Made by a program: the position numbers and the translations under genes. Below the pieces are notes generated by a model, which made no database searches, was not told the origin of the DNA, and saw only the letters and a program-made list of their open reading frames with translations. A stretch of 63,721 bases of DNA, the filler included, from Phoronis australis (taxonomy: Eukaryota > Animalia > Phoronida): assembly GCA_002633005.1 (NCBI GenBank). It is 10 parts of 10 records of this genome, joined end to end, with 100 filler letters (N's around TTAATTAATTAA, not from the genome) between each part and the next. Parts side by side here need not be neighbours in the genome. Positions count along the whole stretch, not along the records: positions 1 to 5,305 come from NMRA01002367.1; positions 5,406 to 37,055 come from NMRA01000051.1; 8 more parts are not named here. The stretch is one strand, 5' to 3'. Below, piece by piece: positions 1 to 12,849 of this stretch (its first letter is position 1; each line of letters starts with the position of its first letter).

Positions 1-168
1 GGTCCGTTAACCGTGTTTCCTCGTGAATATGAGTCCGTGTCCCGTGTATTTGGGTGCGCGGATCGTGTTTTGTGAGTCCGTTCCCGTGTTTGTGAGTCAG
101 TGGACGGTGTTTGCAGGTCCGTGAGTCGTGTTTATGAGTCCATTGACGGTGTAGTTTAGGTACCTTGA
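1..168. mobile_element. Right arm of a non-autonomous TIR element with ~21-bp subterminal subrepeats
   Basis: GAGTCCGT..CGTGTTT subrepeats ending in TTTAGGTACCTTG; reverse complement of 3313-3504. Confidence 0.6.
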
Positions 169-254
169 ATTAGAAACATAAGGCAACGGGCTTGTATCTG
201 ACATTAAGGTTATTACATTTCTTTGGTTTTAAGTCCACTTGTTATTTTTGAGAT

Positions 255-355
255 AATAGTTTTGTCTGAGTAATAGTTTTGTGTGTGTAATAGTTCTTGT
301 GTGTAATAGTTTTTTGTGTAATAGTTTTGTGTGTGTAATAGTTTTGTGTGTGTAG
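255..355. repeat. Short tandem repeat (~17-19 bp unit, GTAATAGTTTTGTGTGT)
   Basis: About five imperfect head-to-tail copies. Confidence 0.8.
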
Positions 356-511
356 CAATTTTCTGCCAATCAACCACGATATCATATTCATACAATTATT
401 TTAAAAGTCGAGTAATTTTACTAAATGCAGGCCTAATCAACTTCAAAATAAAAAAGTTCACGCATGTTTTCATCCGGAAATTGACTTGTGAATGTCATAA
501 ACGTAGACCTA

Positions 512-1012
512 CCCCGGAAGTTTGCATTTGAATCCCATCACGGGCCTGTCAAGCTTGTAGCGTTTCCCTTCACGCGTCACGTAGTTGAAAATAACCCTCC
601 TCGATTGGCAACGCTCAAGTATATCAGTGTCTGCGTGTATGTCCGTGCTACGTTCCTCTTCACCCTCTCCAGTATCAGTGTCGTCAACATATCGCATAAA
701 ATCCTCAACACCCGCATCATTCAAACCATGGTCTATTTCTTCTGTGCGAAGGGCCCCTAAGCCAGTGATAAACAGAGCGCAAAGAAAGACCTGAAAAGAA
801 CACCATGAACAGATTTGAAGAAGAATTACAACAAACTGACCTTGAGTGTATTCCTTCAAATAAAATTGGCCAAAACCCGAATCTCGTTCCCGGGATAGGC
901 GCATGCCATAAGTGCTGCGGCTACGAAGCACGGCGTTTTTAAAGTAATGAAAATCGACCGGTTGATTAGACACTGTAATCATGGTCGCAGAATTCGTTGA
1001 AGAAAGCATCAC
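512..1012 (-). CDS. Putative coding fragment of unknown function (possibly two exons around an in-frame ~84-nt intron)
   Basis: 167-codon open frame with a GTCAGT donor near 840, a CTTAG acceptor near 757, a GTAGGT donor near 511 and an acidic DDTDTGEGEEE stretch; no family recognised. Confidence 0.3.
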
Positions 1013-1198
1013 TGGCGTAGCTAGAAGTTTTCAATACGTGAGGCCAAATTTGGTAACCCATTCAGGGTGTCCCCCTCTCCACGGCAATGTGCAATAAATC
1101 AATTTTTGTCCCTAGAAATCAGTTTACTGAGTAAGATTTGATTACATCAAGGAAAATGTATGCTTAGACAAAACATCATGCATTCATAAGCGCGCNGC

Positions 1199-1230
1199 AC
1201 AGACACACACACACACACACACACACACAC
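1199..1230. repeat. (CA)n microsatellite
   Basis: Direct observation. Confidence 0.95.
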
Positions 1231-1939
1231 TTAAAGGAGAATGCCACCAGAAATACGACCTAGTTTGTATCAATTTAGATCTAGCTTTACATGTTGATAT
1301 AAGTTTCACGATGAGGTGACGAACTGAGCTGCCCGGGTTGTGTGGAGTTTCGTTGTCTAACGGAGCTCATGACACAGCTACCTGGCTTTCTACCTTAGTA
1401 TGTACATTTATGATGTGACTTTTGTAAATAAATTGTATATTTGGTACTATGGCAGTATTTTTAATAATTTTTTAGTTTTCACTTTAAAGAATAACTGATT
1501 CCTGTACAGTATGTTACGAACGGGTCAAATGTTCTGGAAAAATATTTTTACTGCCTGGGGAAAGAGTCCCACAGCCGCACACCCTGCCTAAATCTGACAG
1601 AAATGCTGATTGATGCATTTAAAAAATAAAACGGTCTTTTCAAGGAATAACCCTGTGTCTTACGATGAACACTAATGTTCACTTGAAAGTGTAGCTATTT
1701 CCCCTCAGCATTACCGATGCACTAGCTGCTACCAGTAAGCACGGGTAACGGCTATTAAAATTATTTGTCAGCTGAAATCGAGTATTTTGAAAATGCAAGA
1801 ATAGAACAACAAAACGTTACCGAAAAAACTCCTTGCTATTTTCTTTTTTCTTGATTTTTGTTTCGATTGTTTATTGTAGTCCAGCACTAAGTAGTAATGT
1901 TGATTTCTTTTTACCGGCAACACTCGCAGGCTTGCTAGA

Positions 1940-2091
1940 AGTGGCGGATTTAGAATGGGACCAAGAGGGCCATGACCCCACTAAATTTCTTCCAAATTCC
2001 ATTTAGAAGTTCGGGGGTGCAAATTACTGGCAAAATCCTGGCTAATATTGTGCTCTGGCCCCCCTAACTCAAAATTCTGGATTCGCCCCTG
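1940..2091. mobile_element. MITE, CAGTGGCGGAT..ATCCGCCCCTG family
   Basis: Imperfect TIRs, flanking 6-bp duplication GCTAGA (1934-1939, 2092-2097); internally similar to 45373-45531. Confidence 0.75.
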
Positions 2092-3019
2092 GCTAGATCT
2101 TATCAATACTGCCGTGAGCAAACCGTGGTACAGGATTTATTTTGGAGGCACTGAACACTTAGGCTGCGGCCGCGGCCAATTTGCACTCCCAAAATATTAA
2201 AATCTAGGGGTAGGCTAGGCTTGGGGGCATTTTTAGTTAGGTATTGTATGTAGGCCAAGTGAATGTGGTTTGTTGTATTTGTGAACATGAGAATAAAAAA
2301 GACAACTTTCTCGGCTGTAGCTGCACTCTTCTTCAAGATGGTGTCCCCCTGTTGTAATTGTGCATTACTGTGTAGCAACTGAGAAACTGGCCGCGATTTC
2401 AGGTAACCCTCAAACAAGCCAGATTTGCAAAAAAAGCTAGTTGGTTGACAAAGGTTTTGGACTACGTTTTTGGAATCGGTAGGAAATTTAATGTTGGCAG
2501 GGAAGTGATGGTTTTTGGGTGCCGATTTTGCATTTTTTACTTAATTTTTCTTAGTCTAGCTTGGTTTCCACTGGGAGTGAAAGGGTCAAAAATACAAGAG
2601 AGTACAAAGTTTCTGTGCTTATCCGTAGGGCTTGTGATGTGAAAAGACTCAAAACTTTTCTTTATTTGCCGGCAGTTTTTGACAGAGTGAAGAAAGGGTG
2701 AAGAGTCCAATAACATGTGTTTTGATAGGCAAATACCTGTGAGAACTGTTCCGTGCCTCCTTTGGACACTAGTCAAGCACAACATTCTTGTCTAGGTGAA
2801 ATCAGATAGTCCTAGATTCCTGTGAAAGCGCTAACCGCCTCAAGGAGGCTTATCATAGGGGTTCTTTTACAATAGAAAATGACCGTCACAGCGCTACCTG
2901 CAGTGCGATTTTGCTCAAGGCAACACACACCGAGCTTTCAAGCAGACACATGTTGCATAAGCATTTCATGATGTTGAACACATACTTTGTAGACTTTTCA
3001 ACAGTGACCCAACAACACC

Positions 3020-3230
3020 TATCGATATTAGTGTAGAACAATTTTGTTCTTTTTATCGAATCAAATATCTTGCTGAAATCGATAAAACACAATAAAATGG
3101 TTTTGACTTTTGTCTTAACTTATATTTTTCAACCAAGCTGTTTTATTCTTAAAAGAATAAAAATGTTATCTTTCAGTGAGTACTTTTTCTTGGAGCCAGC
3201 TTGTTCTTTTACCAGTATTTTCTCTCCATA
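3020..3230 (-). mobile_element. Degenerate non-LTR (LINE) reverse transcriptase fragment
   Basis: Minus-strand EQAGSKKKYSLKDNIF and CFIDFSKIFDSI resemble RT motifs QxGF..S..D.IF and FIDFxKAFDS; interrupted by stops. Confidence 0.6.
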
Positions 3231-3311
3231 CAGACACCCAGGCCAGAGGTACCAACACTTTTGCTATCGCAGCTACATCTTGCGACCACTCTTTGGTCTC
3301 TCCTTGTATAT

Positions 3312-3638
3312 CAAGGTACATGTACCTAAACTAAACGGTTAACGGACTCATGAACACGGTCACGGACGCATGAACACGACTCACGTACCTGCAAACACAG
3401 TTCGCTGACTCAAAAACACGGGAACGGACTCACAAAACACGATACATTCACCCAAATACACGGGACACGGACTCACATTCATGGAGAAAGACGGTTAACG
3501 GACCGCTGAGTACTGAGCCGATGAGTCCGTGTTTTGAGAGTCCGTCCCCGTGTTTGCGAGTCAGCTGAACGGTGTTTGCAGGTACGTGAGTCGTGACCGT
3601 GTTTATGAGTCCGTTAACCATGTAATTTAGGTACCTTG
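3312..3638. mobile_element. Palindromic MITE with subterminal subrepeats
   Basis: Ends CAAGGTAC..CTAAA / TTTAGGTACCTTG in TA-rich flanks; same family as 1-168. Confidence 0.7.
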
Positions 3639-3645
3639 TATATTC

Positions 3646-3717
3646 AGTGGCGGATCTACGAGGGGGGGTTCAGGGGGTTTAAACCCCTCTTGGGCCAGGA
3701 CCCAAAAATAAAAAAAA
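3646..3717 (+). mobile_element. Left end of CAGTGGCGGATCTACG MITE, cut by the gap
   Basis: Same start as 61847-61871. Confidence 0.6.
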
Positions 3718-4402
3718 NNNNNNNNNNNNNNNNNNNNNNNNNNNNNNNNNNNNNNNNNNNNNNNNNNNNNNNNNNNNNNNNNNNNNNNNNNNNNNNNNNN
3801 NNNNNNNNNNNNNNNNNNNNNNNNNNNNNNNNNNNNNNNNNNNNNNNNNNNNNNNNNNNNNNNNNNNNNNNNNNNNNNNNNNNNNNNNNNNNNNNNNNNN
3901 NNNNNNNNNNNNNNNNNNNNNNNNNNNNNNNNNNNNNNNNNNNNNNNNNNNNNNNNNNNNNNNNNNNNNNNNNNNNNNNNNNNNNNNNNNNNNNNNNNNN
4001 NNNNNNNNNNNNNNNNNNNNNNNNNNNNNNNNNNNNNNNNNNNNNNNNNNNNNNNNNNNNNNNNNNNNNNNNNNNNNNNNNNNNNNNNNNNNNNNNNNNN
4101 NNNNNNNNNNNNNNNNNNNNNNNNNNNNNNNNNNNNNNNNNNNNNNNNNNNNNNNNNNNNNNNNNNNNNNNNNNNNNNNNNNNNNNNNNNNNNNNNNNNN
4201 NNNNNNNNNNNNNNNNNNNNNNNNNNNNNNNNNNNNNNNNNNNNNNNNNNNNNNNNNNNNNNNNNNNNNNNNNNNNNNNNNNNNNNNNNNNNNNNNNNNN
4301 NNNNNNNNNNNNNNNNNNNNNNNNNNNNNNNNNNNNNNNNNNNNNNNNNNNNNNNNNNNNNNNNNNNNNNNNNNNNNNNNNNNNNNNNNNNNNNNNNNNN
4401 NN
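3718..4402. other. Scaffold gap (N run, no linker)
   Basis: Uninterrupted Ns. Confidence 0.99.
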
Positions 4403-5305
4403 CCAAGCATTTTAAATGAATCCACCGCTGAAAGAGCAGTTCTATAGCTGATTTATTCAGGTAACTAGCTTCTTTACTCTAAGATATGTTTTGATTTGAT
4501 TAGGGGAAATACTGTGGTGCCGCAACCCTGATATTCAGGCGAGTTGACGTGCAACGTTTTTACCTCATCTGTCATGCCTTGTCGTTCTGTTACACTCCAC
4601 ACGTTTGTAACTCGAACTTGACTGATGCATAGTAAAGTTGTCTTGCGCAATATCATACAGTGTATATGTACATGTAATATTTTTGAAAACAATTCTTTTT
4701 CCGAAGAAATGCTATTGTGGCGAGCGCCGTGATGCGGTCGCGAGTCCGTTTGAAGATACACTCTAACAAGATATGTCTATACAAGGAATGACCAAGGGGG
4801 CACTCACATTGACAAAGTGACCGGATTCGCGAGCAGTGTACCAGAAATTGCGGGTAGGCCGTTCTTTCACAACAAAGTCTTGCGGGACTCGTACGATGTT
4901 CAATAGGCCTCCTAAGGAGCCCTAGTTCCGACCTCAACAGCTACCGTCTTTTTACCTGCAATAAGCACACTGCCGTCTTCTATACTGGGAATTTCTGCAG
5001 AAAGGCCCACCCGATGAAACGCTCATGCCCATGGGCATTTATTTGATGTTAGTACTCCGGGTTTCAAGCGTTCAAACATTGGACGTTTATTTCGAAAATT
5101 GCAAGATATGCAAATAGGTCCTGGGATACATCGTCAAGGTTTGAAGTAGTCCATGATGAACGGATCAAATTTAGTTGCGCATGTAAGTCTTTTGAATGGA
5201 CGTGGCAACCTCAAGGATCTTAGTGCCAACTGAGCTGCGAAACGCGATGCTGGCATTGTAGAGGCTTACAAGCTCATTGACACAGCAGTTGACATAGGCG
5301 GATTT

Positions 5306-5405
5306 NNNNNNNNNNNNNNNNNNNNNNNNNNNNNNNNNNNNNNNNNNNNTTAATTAATTAANNNNNNNNNNNNNNNNNNNNNNNNNNNNNNNNNNNNNNN
5401 NNNNN
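5306..5405. other. Artificial contig-joining linker N44-TTAATTAATTAA-N44 (also 37056-37155, 39770-39869, 43980-44079, 48481-48580, 53158-53257, 55980-56079, 58427-58526, 61872-61971)
   Basis: Nine identical 100-nt blocks; the 12-mer gives stop codons in all six frames. Confidence 0.97.
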
Positions 5406-5823
5406 AGGCACCACTAAACAATGCCAAGTGAATAATAAATCAATAGCTTTCATTCAAGGAAAAATATGAACAGTTAAAACTGGAAGTTTTTATACCGTGA
5501 AAACATGGCTGCGAAACCGTAAAATGTGTTTCAACCTATAACTTTAGAAAAACACAATATTTTGAGGAAATATTTTACCGCTGTTTATAGATCCCATAGG
5601 ACTACATATGTGCCAAATTTGGTGAAAATCGGCTGACCCCCACCTTGCCGCTCATGGTTGGTGCTCTCGTGGACTAGTACGTAATATCTAAAATGTATCC
5701 ATGTTTGATGAGCGAGAATATTGAAATAAGGACCTATGCTTCAAATACTTTTTTAAAGCTAGTGACATATTTTTGCGCATCAATTTCGAAGCAAAAACGA
5801 CATCACAAGCACGTCACAGCTGA

Positions 5824-5831
5824 TGACGTCA
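5824..5831. promoter_or_regulatory. Palindromic CRE (TGACGTCA) ~60 bp upstream of the copy A ATG
   Basis: Perfect CRE, overlapping an E-box CACGTG; the CRE is conserved at the equivalent position of copy B (29724-29731). Confidence 0.5.
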
Positions 5832-5891
5832 CGTGCACACAGGTCTGCAGTTGAATCTTTTCCCGTTTACAAAGCGGTACATTTCAACGCA

Positions 5892-6415
5892 ATGGAGAGA
5901 GAAAGTGCTTTATATTTTGTCAAACAACTAAAAATTCGTAAAGAGTAAGTAATATTTAAAAGCTAATCTGGCATGAAGCCTCTAATTTATATTTAAAAAA
6001 CAGTCAAAAACTCGAAGGTCGATCATTGGCGTATCTAATATGTTATTGCACCGTTGATCGTTCTTACAAGCTTTGTAAAGCATGATTCTTTTTATCACTT
6101 CAGGGTTAATGCACAGGCTGCAAATTGTCTGATAAAGGTGGCTAAGAACTTTGCCAAGGACGCTGAAAAATTGAAAAGAGACATAACACGTGAGTCTTGC
6201 CGCTGAGGAAAACGAGTTTATCTTCTTGTTTCAGTGCTCACATGCAGTCCAATCATAAGAGAGACCGGACCTCTGGTCCGGCATCTGAAAAACTTCACAT
6301 GTGAACGCTCGTCAGACGACTGCTCTCTCCCTCTTTGTCTCTCTCTCTGTCTCTCCCTGTGTCTCTGTCTTTCTCTCTCTCTGTCTGTCTGTCTGTCTGT
6401 CTGTCTCTGTCTCTG

Positions 6416-6483
<68 letters not shown>

Positions 6484-9391
6484 CCAGAAAGTTTTCATGA
6501 GTTTCAGTGCTAACGAACTCAAGTTTTTGATAGAAAAATACTTATTTACAGTAATTTTATTTCGGGTATTTACTTAACGTATTACCGAACACAACTTGCT
6601 GTCAGTAGACTTAGTTTTTACACTCAAGAGGGTAAACGTGGCAAATAGCCAGTCCCAAACAATACGGTGAATCAACTTTCTTACCAAATAAGTTCAATTC
6701 CTAATGAAATGATTGACTAAGCTCTGCCGTGGCGATTTCATGTCACTGATCAAAATGTTAGTATTTGGCACAATCTTATGTCAATTACTCGTTTGAAGGC
6801 CGGTAGGACACATCTGTGGGCACTCGTTTAAGACCTTGTAGTGATCAGGCCTGTTACTTACATCAAAAAGCGTGATTCACCACATACGTATCGAACTTAC
6901 AAAAGCGTAACGAAAAGATAACAACATGCAAGAGTGGCGTGGAGCAAGAAATTCATTCTTGCTGTTTTGTTTTGACCATTGCAGGTTTTCCTACGAACTC
7001 TGACGTAGCGAAGGGCGCCAATGACTTTCTGATAGAACTGGACGAACGTCGTAGACATCTCAGAGTCGACCTGGGAGAGGTAGAACATGACATGAAGTTA
7101 ATAGATAGGTCAGTAGATGCCAGAAAGTCTTGTAAGTGTCGATTATTGTGGAAGTGGATTTCCGTTGATTCAAACTGTGTGAAACAATCCAATAATTGTT
7201 TCCCAAGTGATATTCCTTACGAAAGCAACATTTGGTTTTAGACTGCCTAATAGATTGTTGGCTTCATTTTACAGCGTCGTCAGGCATACATTGAAGGTTG
7301 AGAAGAAACTAGGAGCTACTACTAAAGAATTGTCTAACTTGAAAAAGGTGAGTCCAACTCTAACTCTTGGGAAACAGTCCATGAGAGGACGAACGGGACC
7401 GGTCAACTTTGACTAAAAACTGCGATGCTGCACCGTCTACTGAGATCTTACACATAATTTGCAACATTTAGCTTGTCCCCATTCGGTTTTTGTCCCTTTT
7501 TAGAGATTGTGCTGAGAGTTACCTTGGTGTGACAAGAGTGACATTATGAAGGTGATTTAGGCTTAGCTTTAAAAGAGTGGCGTTGAAACTTACTGTCAAT
7601 AATTCTGTTTCACATGAATTGTACTACAATGCATCTCTTCATTGCAGAATGAGCAAGCCAAGCGCGAGCGTCTCCGGTTGCTCTTATCTACCAACTGTTC
7701 GTCTCAGAAGATGCGAAACAAGGCATCTGCCGAGGTAGAGGCTGTCAAGAACAAAGTTAATGAGACGGCAGACCGGGTTGAAGAGCTGAAGCGGCAGTTG
7801 TATCAGGTGAGCCATCACTTATGCAAGTCTGGTACAGACGTCCTAAAACTGCTTTCAGGTGGTGATGTAGTAACATCACAACCGATATCTCTTGGTCTAT
7901 TTACACCAACATCTAGCCCACTTACATTTGCACGACGTTTCATTTCTAGCGGTCATATTCAAGTGGAACAGCCTCATAAGCTCGGATATTTGGTGCAATA
8001 ATGGAGGGCACTTGGACTATATTTTTTCTGGAAGGCAACTGGATGCGAACCTAGTGATGAGAGTACGCGATTGGCAATTGAACGATCCCAGGCTCAGACA
8101 TCGGCGTCAACCATAAAAAAACATAATAGGTGTCAACCACGAGTGTGCCAAATACCCATTCCCGTTTTCCTAATGAAGCTTTAACACCAGAAGAGGGCTG
8201 GAGAGTTTTACCGAATGAAAAGTGGTGCTAATGCAGAGGCTGATGTTAATAGACCATAACTTTTGGACACGATATCTTGCAGGGCAATGACATTTATACA
8301 CAGAGTAGTCCTTTTTAGAAATATTATATCCTCCTTATGTCGGTGAGGCACAGGTAGCTATATTAGAAAAACGACATTTTCTATGTTTGCCCCATTTTTA
8401 GGTGCTGGTACAATAGTCGAAGCATATTTTTATAAATGCATCTTTTGTCGTCCATCGACTCTTTCTATTTAAACCTAGATTGACTTCAAGTGATAACAGC
8501 TTTTTCTCACAGACCATTAAAATATTATTTTGGTTTTTCTCAACAAAGCTGAAATTTAGGTACAAATTCGCATACAGATATAAGAGTGGCTGCTTACAAC
8601 GAACATCCAATGGCATGAAATTTGTAGGTCATTCATAAGGTAGTGCTATCGACTTGTCATGAACGCTACTATGTATTCATGGTTAATGTTATGTTTTTCG
8701 CTGCTTTCAGCTCATCGCTGAAATGTATAACATGGTATACAGACCACAAAAAGCAGACGAGGTTGTGCAAAGGTTTGTAAAGAAATTTTCCTCTGCGGAG
8801 CTTAGTGTTTGGTTATCCTGAAGCTAACTAAACTACAATCCAAAGTGTTGGCCTCGTAACCATGAGGATACTTCCTTGTTTAACATGAACAATGAATTAT
8901 GGCGACCGAGGATCAGGTGGAAATTGTCGAAACCGGAAAGGCCAAACATTTCATGGCGACCAGGTGGCCACGTCGTAAATTCTGGCGACGGGGGCGAAGC
9001 TTCAAAATCGTGGTGATCGTATCTGAAAATCGTGGCGTCCGGTGTGAAAAGCGGGGGGATTGGTGTTTTTTGTAATTGACAATGAAGGGACAATTAAATG
9101 ATGCCACGACCCCCTAAACTACTTATAGCTTAGGGCCTGCGGAAACCTTAATCTGGCATTGTTATGGCTGCAGTAACAGTTTTAGTATGCTCTGTCATAT
9201 TTTGCCATATACCGTCGGCAAACACTGTTTTTGTCTCATCACCTATTTCACAATTCTTGGTTGCTTTCAGTTCCAGGGATCTTCCAGTGAACGGATCAGG
9301 GGTGACTGAATTGGGCCGTTGGATTTCGGTAACGTGTAAGCGGATGCAGCGTGCATGGAGTCGTCGTGGAACCCTACTTATGGGCCAATAA
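5892..9391 (+). CDS. 7-exon orphan alpha-helical/coiled-coil protein gene, copy A (225 aa, MERESALYFVKQLKIRKEVNAQ...RRGTLLMGQ)
   Basis: Exons 5892-5944, 6104-6189, 6985-7108, 7275-7347, 7648-7806, 8711-8772, 9271-9391. All introns are GT-AG and phase-compatible (678 nt, no internal stop), AATAAA overlaps the stop, and the exons are conserved in the paralog at 29784-33350. An alternative in-frame exon-4 acceptor at 7242 is possible. Confidence 0.75.
6325..6478. repeat. (TC)n/(TCTG)n microsatellite in intron 2 of copy A
   Basis: Direct observation; absent from copy B. Confidence 0.95.
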
Positions 9392-9697
9392 AGTCACTGT
9401 GAAAAAGACGGTTGGATAAAGCGTCACGATACGCCTTAGTTGTCTATTAGTAACTTGCAACTGGAATCGTTGAAACGAAGCTTTCTAAACGCTTCCGTAT
9501 ACTGGACTCTGTATGGTATAAGCTGTGAACAGCAATGAAAATGTTGAATGCTGTGTTGTTCTGGAAAATGACAATATGAATTTGTACATAGTTTTCACAT
9601 TGTTGTCTTTTTTACGTTGGTTGTGAATTAAATATTGAAATATGCTAAATCGTTGTTACTCAGTATGTGAAAAACCAACGCCTCACAGGGAACACCT

Positions 9698-9905
9698 GCA
9701 TACGTATGCACATGTACATGTACATGTATGCATACTTGCATACATACATACATCATACATACATACATACATGCATACATACCTACATACATACATACAT
9801 ACATGCATACATACATACATACATACATACATGCATACATACATCATACATACACACACATACTTGCATGCACATACATACATACATAGATATACACATA
9901 TATAC
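9698..9905. repeat. (TACA)n microsatellite
   Basis: Direct observation. Confidence 0.95.
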
Positions 9906-10648
9906 GCATATCAAAGGAACATTTCCTTTTTGTTAACGATAACGGTAAACAATGAAACGGGTTACTCAAAGACACAAAAGATATCTCCAGTTTCACACCA
10001 TGATAAAATTGATTTACATCCTCAAACGTATCATTCAGGATGCCAGCAAGTAAAAAGGCAAAAACGTGTAGATTCTGAAACAGATTGCTATCGTGGAAAA
10101 GGAAACAATGATTTTTAGAGTTTATTTCGTGTTTTCAGTGTTTTGGTCGACAAAGGGAATAAAGCCATTTCTGTGAAACCTTGAACCACGGTGAACCAAA
10201 ACACAAATTACTACAAAAATCCTGAACAGTAAGAAGCCATACCTTCCTAACATTAGATTGTAAGGATTTTCCTGCTGGACGCAGACACGTGCGAATTTTG
10301 TTCGTTTTCTCGATTTAGTTGAAATTCAGTGTGAAAAGCAGACTACAAACTTACCAGTGTGAGTAGTTTAGTTTAAGAACGGCTTAAGTAGGTTTCCGGT
10401 AATTCACTGATAGCCTAATCAGCGCGGTACTCACCATCCCTAATAAGATAAAGGCATATGCCACTATATAAGAGCAAAAATTGACATACCTAGTATATCA
10501 GAAAGATATTGGATGATGAAACAACAACCTAGTTGCCGTATCCAAGTAGGGAGTTGAGAAAAAATTCGAAGAGACTAGAGTTTTGTCAGATGAATTAAAA
10601 AGAAGACACGTTACTGAAAGTTTGCTAAAGACCCCAGACAACGAAAAA

Positions 10649-10685
10649 ATGAAGGCCTTACTTCTTGCTCTTGTCTTTAATACAG
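10649..10685 (+). CDS. Signal-peptide mini-exon MKALLLALVFNT with phase-1 donor
   Basis: AAAATG start, hydrophobic core, G|GTATT donor, TATATAA near 10465. The nearest acceptor (10766) leads into stop-containing LRR-like sequence. Confidence 0.45.
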
Positions 10686-12408
10686 GTATTGTAAATATTT
10701 ATTTCATTTCAAGTGATATTTTTCAGACATGTAATATACAAATCTCGGGTAATTTGTACATTTAGGTGTTTCAGTGGAACGAAAAAGTTTCCTCTGGGCA
10801 CACAGACAACCGTAAACTGGTTTGTGCGCGCAGATGGAAAGCGGAAGACTCACGTAATGTGCCGCTAACTGAAATTCTTTAGCAACTTTCGCGTTTGTTA
10901 GTCCGGACTAGTTTGCGGTGGGATCATTCTTTAGAAAAGCGTGATGACTTACCGTCACAAATTGCCACATATCCCACATGACCGGATTATTAGATTTCAC
11001 GGTCCTAACGACGTCTTCTGGCATGGAAGGTAAAAACTCGTAAAAATACCTTTTACACAGATTGTGGCGAACCTACTTGTAACTGGATGCTAACGGGAGA
11101 GTTATTAACTTTGAATATTACACGAGTTCCTAAAAATCGACAGATTCGCTGTTTTTTGAAACACAGACAAAACTCTTTCATCCCAATATGTATACGCGTA
11201 TGCGCTCAAAGATGCCACACTGGCTTCTGTTTGAAATCATCATTGGTTTGTTTAAATCTTACGTCAAAGGTCACATTTTTCAGTGACAAAGAACCACTTT
11301 GAATAATGCAATTTACTTTGTATTTCACGTTTTACGCCACTTTACTATCCCACAGCATATTTTGAAATTAGGAATTTAAATTGGCGATAGTGGTGATTAC
11401 TTATAATTAACAGTAAAATGTGGAAATATTGTTTGAAGACATCTTCTCTTTAGGGTTCCAAAGGTGTAGAAATTGTACATAATATAATTCTTACTAAATC
11501 CAGACCGGAAACGAATTGCACCAAAAGCGGCAATAATTGGAAGTTGGGAAAAATACACACATTAATCAAATACCACTTATAATTGGTAACCGGAGATGGA
11601 ATCAGATAAATTAATCATACACAAAATTAAGTGTACCGCCTGCTTTGTGTTCATAATTTCCAAGAAATTAAGATAAATGATGCATGTTTGTTTTCAGCGA
11701 AACAAAGGCAATTCGATGTGAATTTTAGGGCTTTTTTGCTGCTGTGAGAGAACACTAATCAAAAAACGAAGATTACTTGAATATAAGCGTGAAATTCTGT
11801 TTCTGTTTGATCCAAAGAATACGACCCGTGAAAGGGGCATTTCCTTTGTACTCAATCTGGCCATTCAAAGCCAAGGACGATTACGTTACCTATCCACATC
11901 ATTTTAAAATGACAGACACCCCAAATACATCGTCCAATGTCGGCAAGTAAAAGGAGAGTGATGAAGCCATCAGTTTTATCAGGTTTGGTCAACCCGTCAA
12001 CTTGTGCCGATTAATGTCAATATCAAGTGACCCGTCGTATTTTACAATGGTACAAAGACGTCAGAAACGGAGTGTTACATGTAATTCATTATGAACACAG
12101 TGCCCATTTTGATGAAATGACGTCATAGTCAAACGGTATAAGGATCAAAACCCATTTCCGGAATTACTGTTTGGTAGGGCAGACGTTTTTTGTGTTCGAA
12201 ATCGCCAGTTCCCGACGTTGGCTTCCCGCCATTCAATAGAGTAAGTGGAATCAAGGCCAGAGATTTTGACGCTTAAAATACTCGGCTGCGTGTCATATAG
12301 CTGTACTAGCAATGTGTCGGACTGCTGCCACTGAGGTCGAGGGTTTCACATCGTATTGGTCCCTGGTCTCATTTAGGGATTAAAGTCAAATATTATATAT
12401 GCACTAAG

Positions 12409-12849
12409 CAAGGCTTGGAATTTTCCGCGGAAACGCGGATTTCCGCATTTTTCAAATGTTCTGTCCGCGTATTTTGTTATATTTCCGTATAAAAAAATCG
12501 GATTTGACGCGGAAGTTGCTCTTTATGTTTCAGAGGAACGTAAATTGTCAACATTGCCGGGGAATCTGATATAGCGTGGTGGATTTTTCAATGGCGCCTC
12601 GTGCGATTGTAAACCGCGGCGACAAATACTACGACTCTGCAGCCAAAAATGTGCGGAGGCGGAAGTGGACGAGCCAGCAAAAAAGACGCAGACGCTCGCT
12701 TCTAGAGGTGGTACCGTTTTTTTTTTAGTCCTCGCGATTTTTTTTTGTCGGCAAAGGGTCCACATCGGCCATTTGGAGGCCGGGAAGCGCGCATGTTTTG
12801 GGGCCGTAAAAGTTTCCACGTATTTCGTCACTGGTCATTCCAAGCCCTG
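12409..12849. mobile_element. MITE with TIR CA(A/G)GGCTTGGAAT
   Basis: Terminal inverted repeats and flanking 6-bp duplication ACTAAG (12403-12408, 12850-12855). Confidence 0.75.

Noticed and set aside
3627-4425. 248-259-aa ORFs spanning the N gap
   Set aside because: Artefacts of translating Ns.
5350-5361. Recurrent TTAATTAATTAA as a biological motif or piggyBac target
   Set aside because: Always centred in 44+44 Ns, so it is a synthetic linker.
6234-6577. SLSLSL/ERERER ORFs
   Set aside because: Translations of a (TC)n microsatellite.
9628-10118. His/Tyr/Met-rich ORFs
   Set aside because: Translations of (TACA)n.
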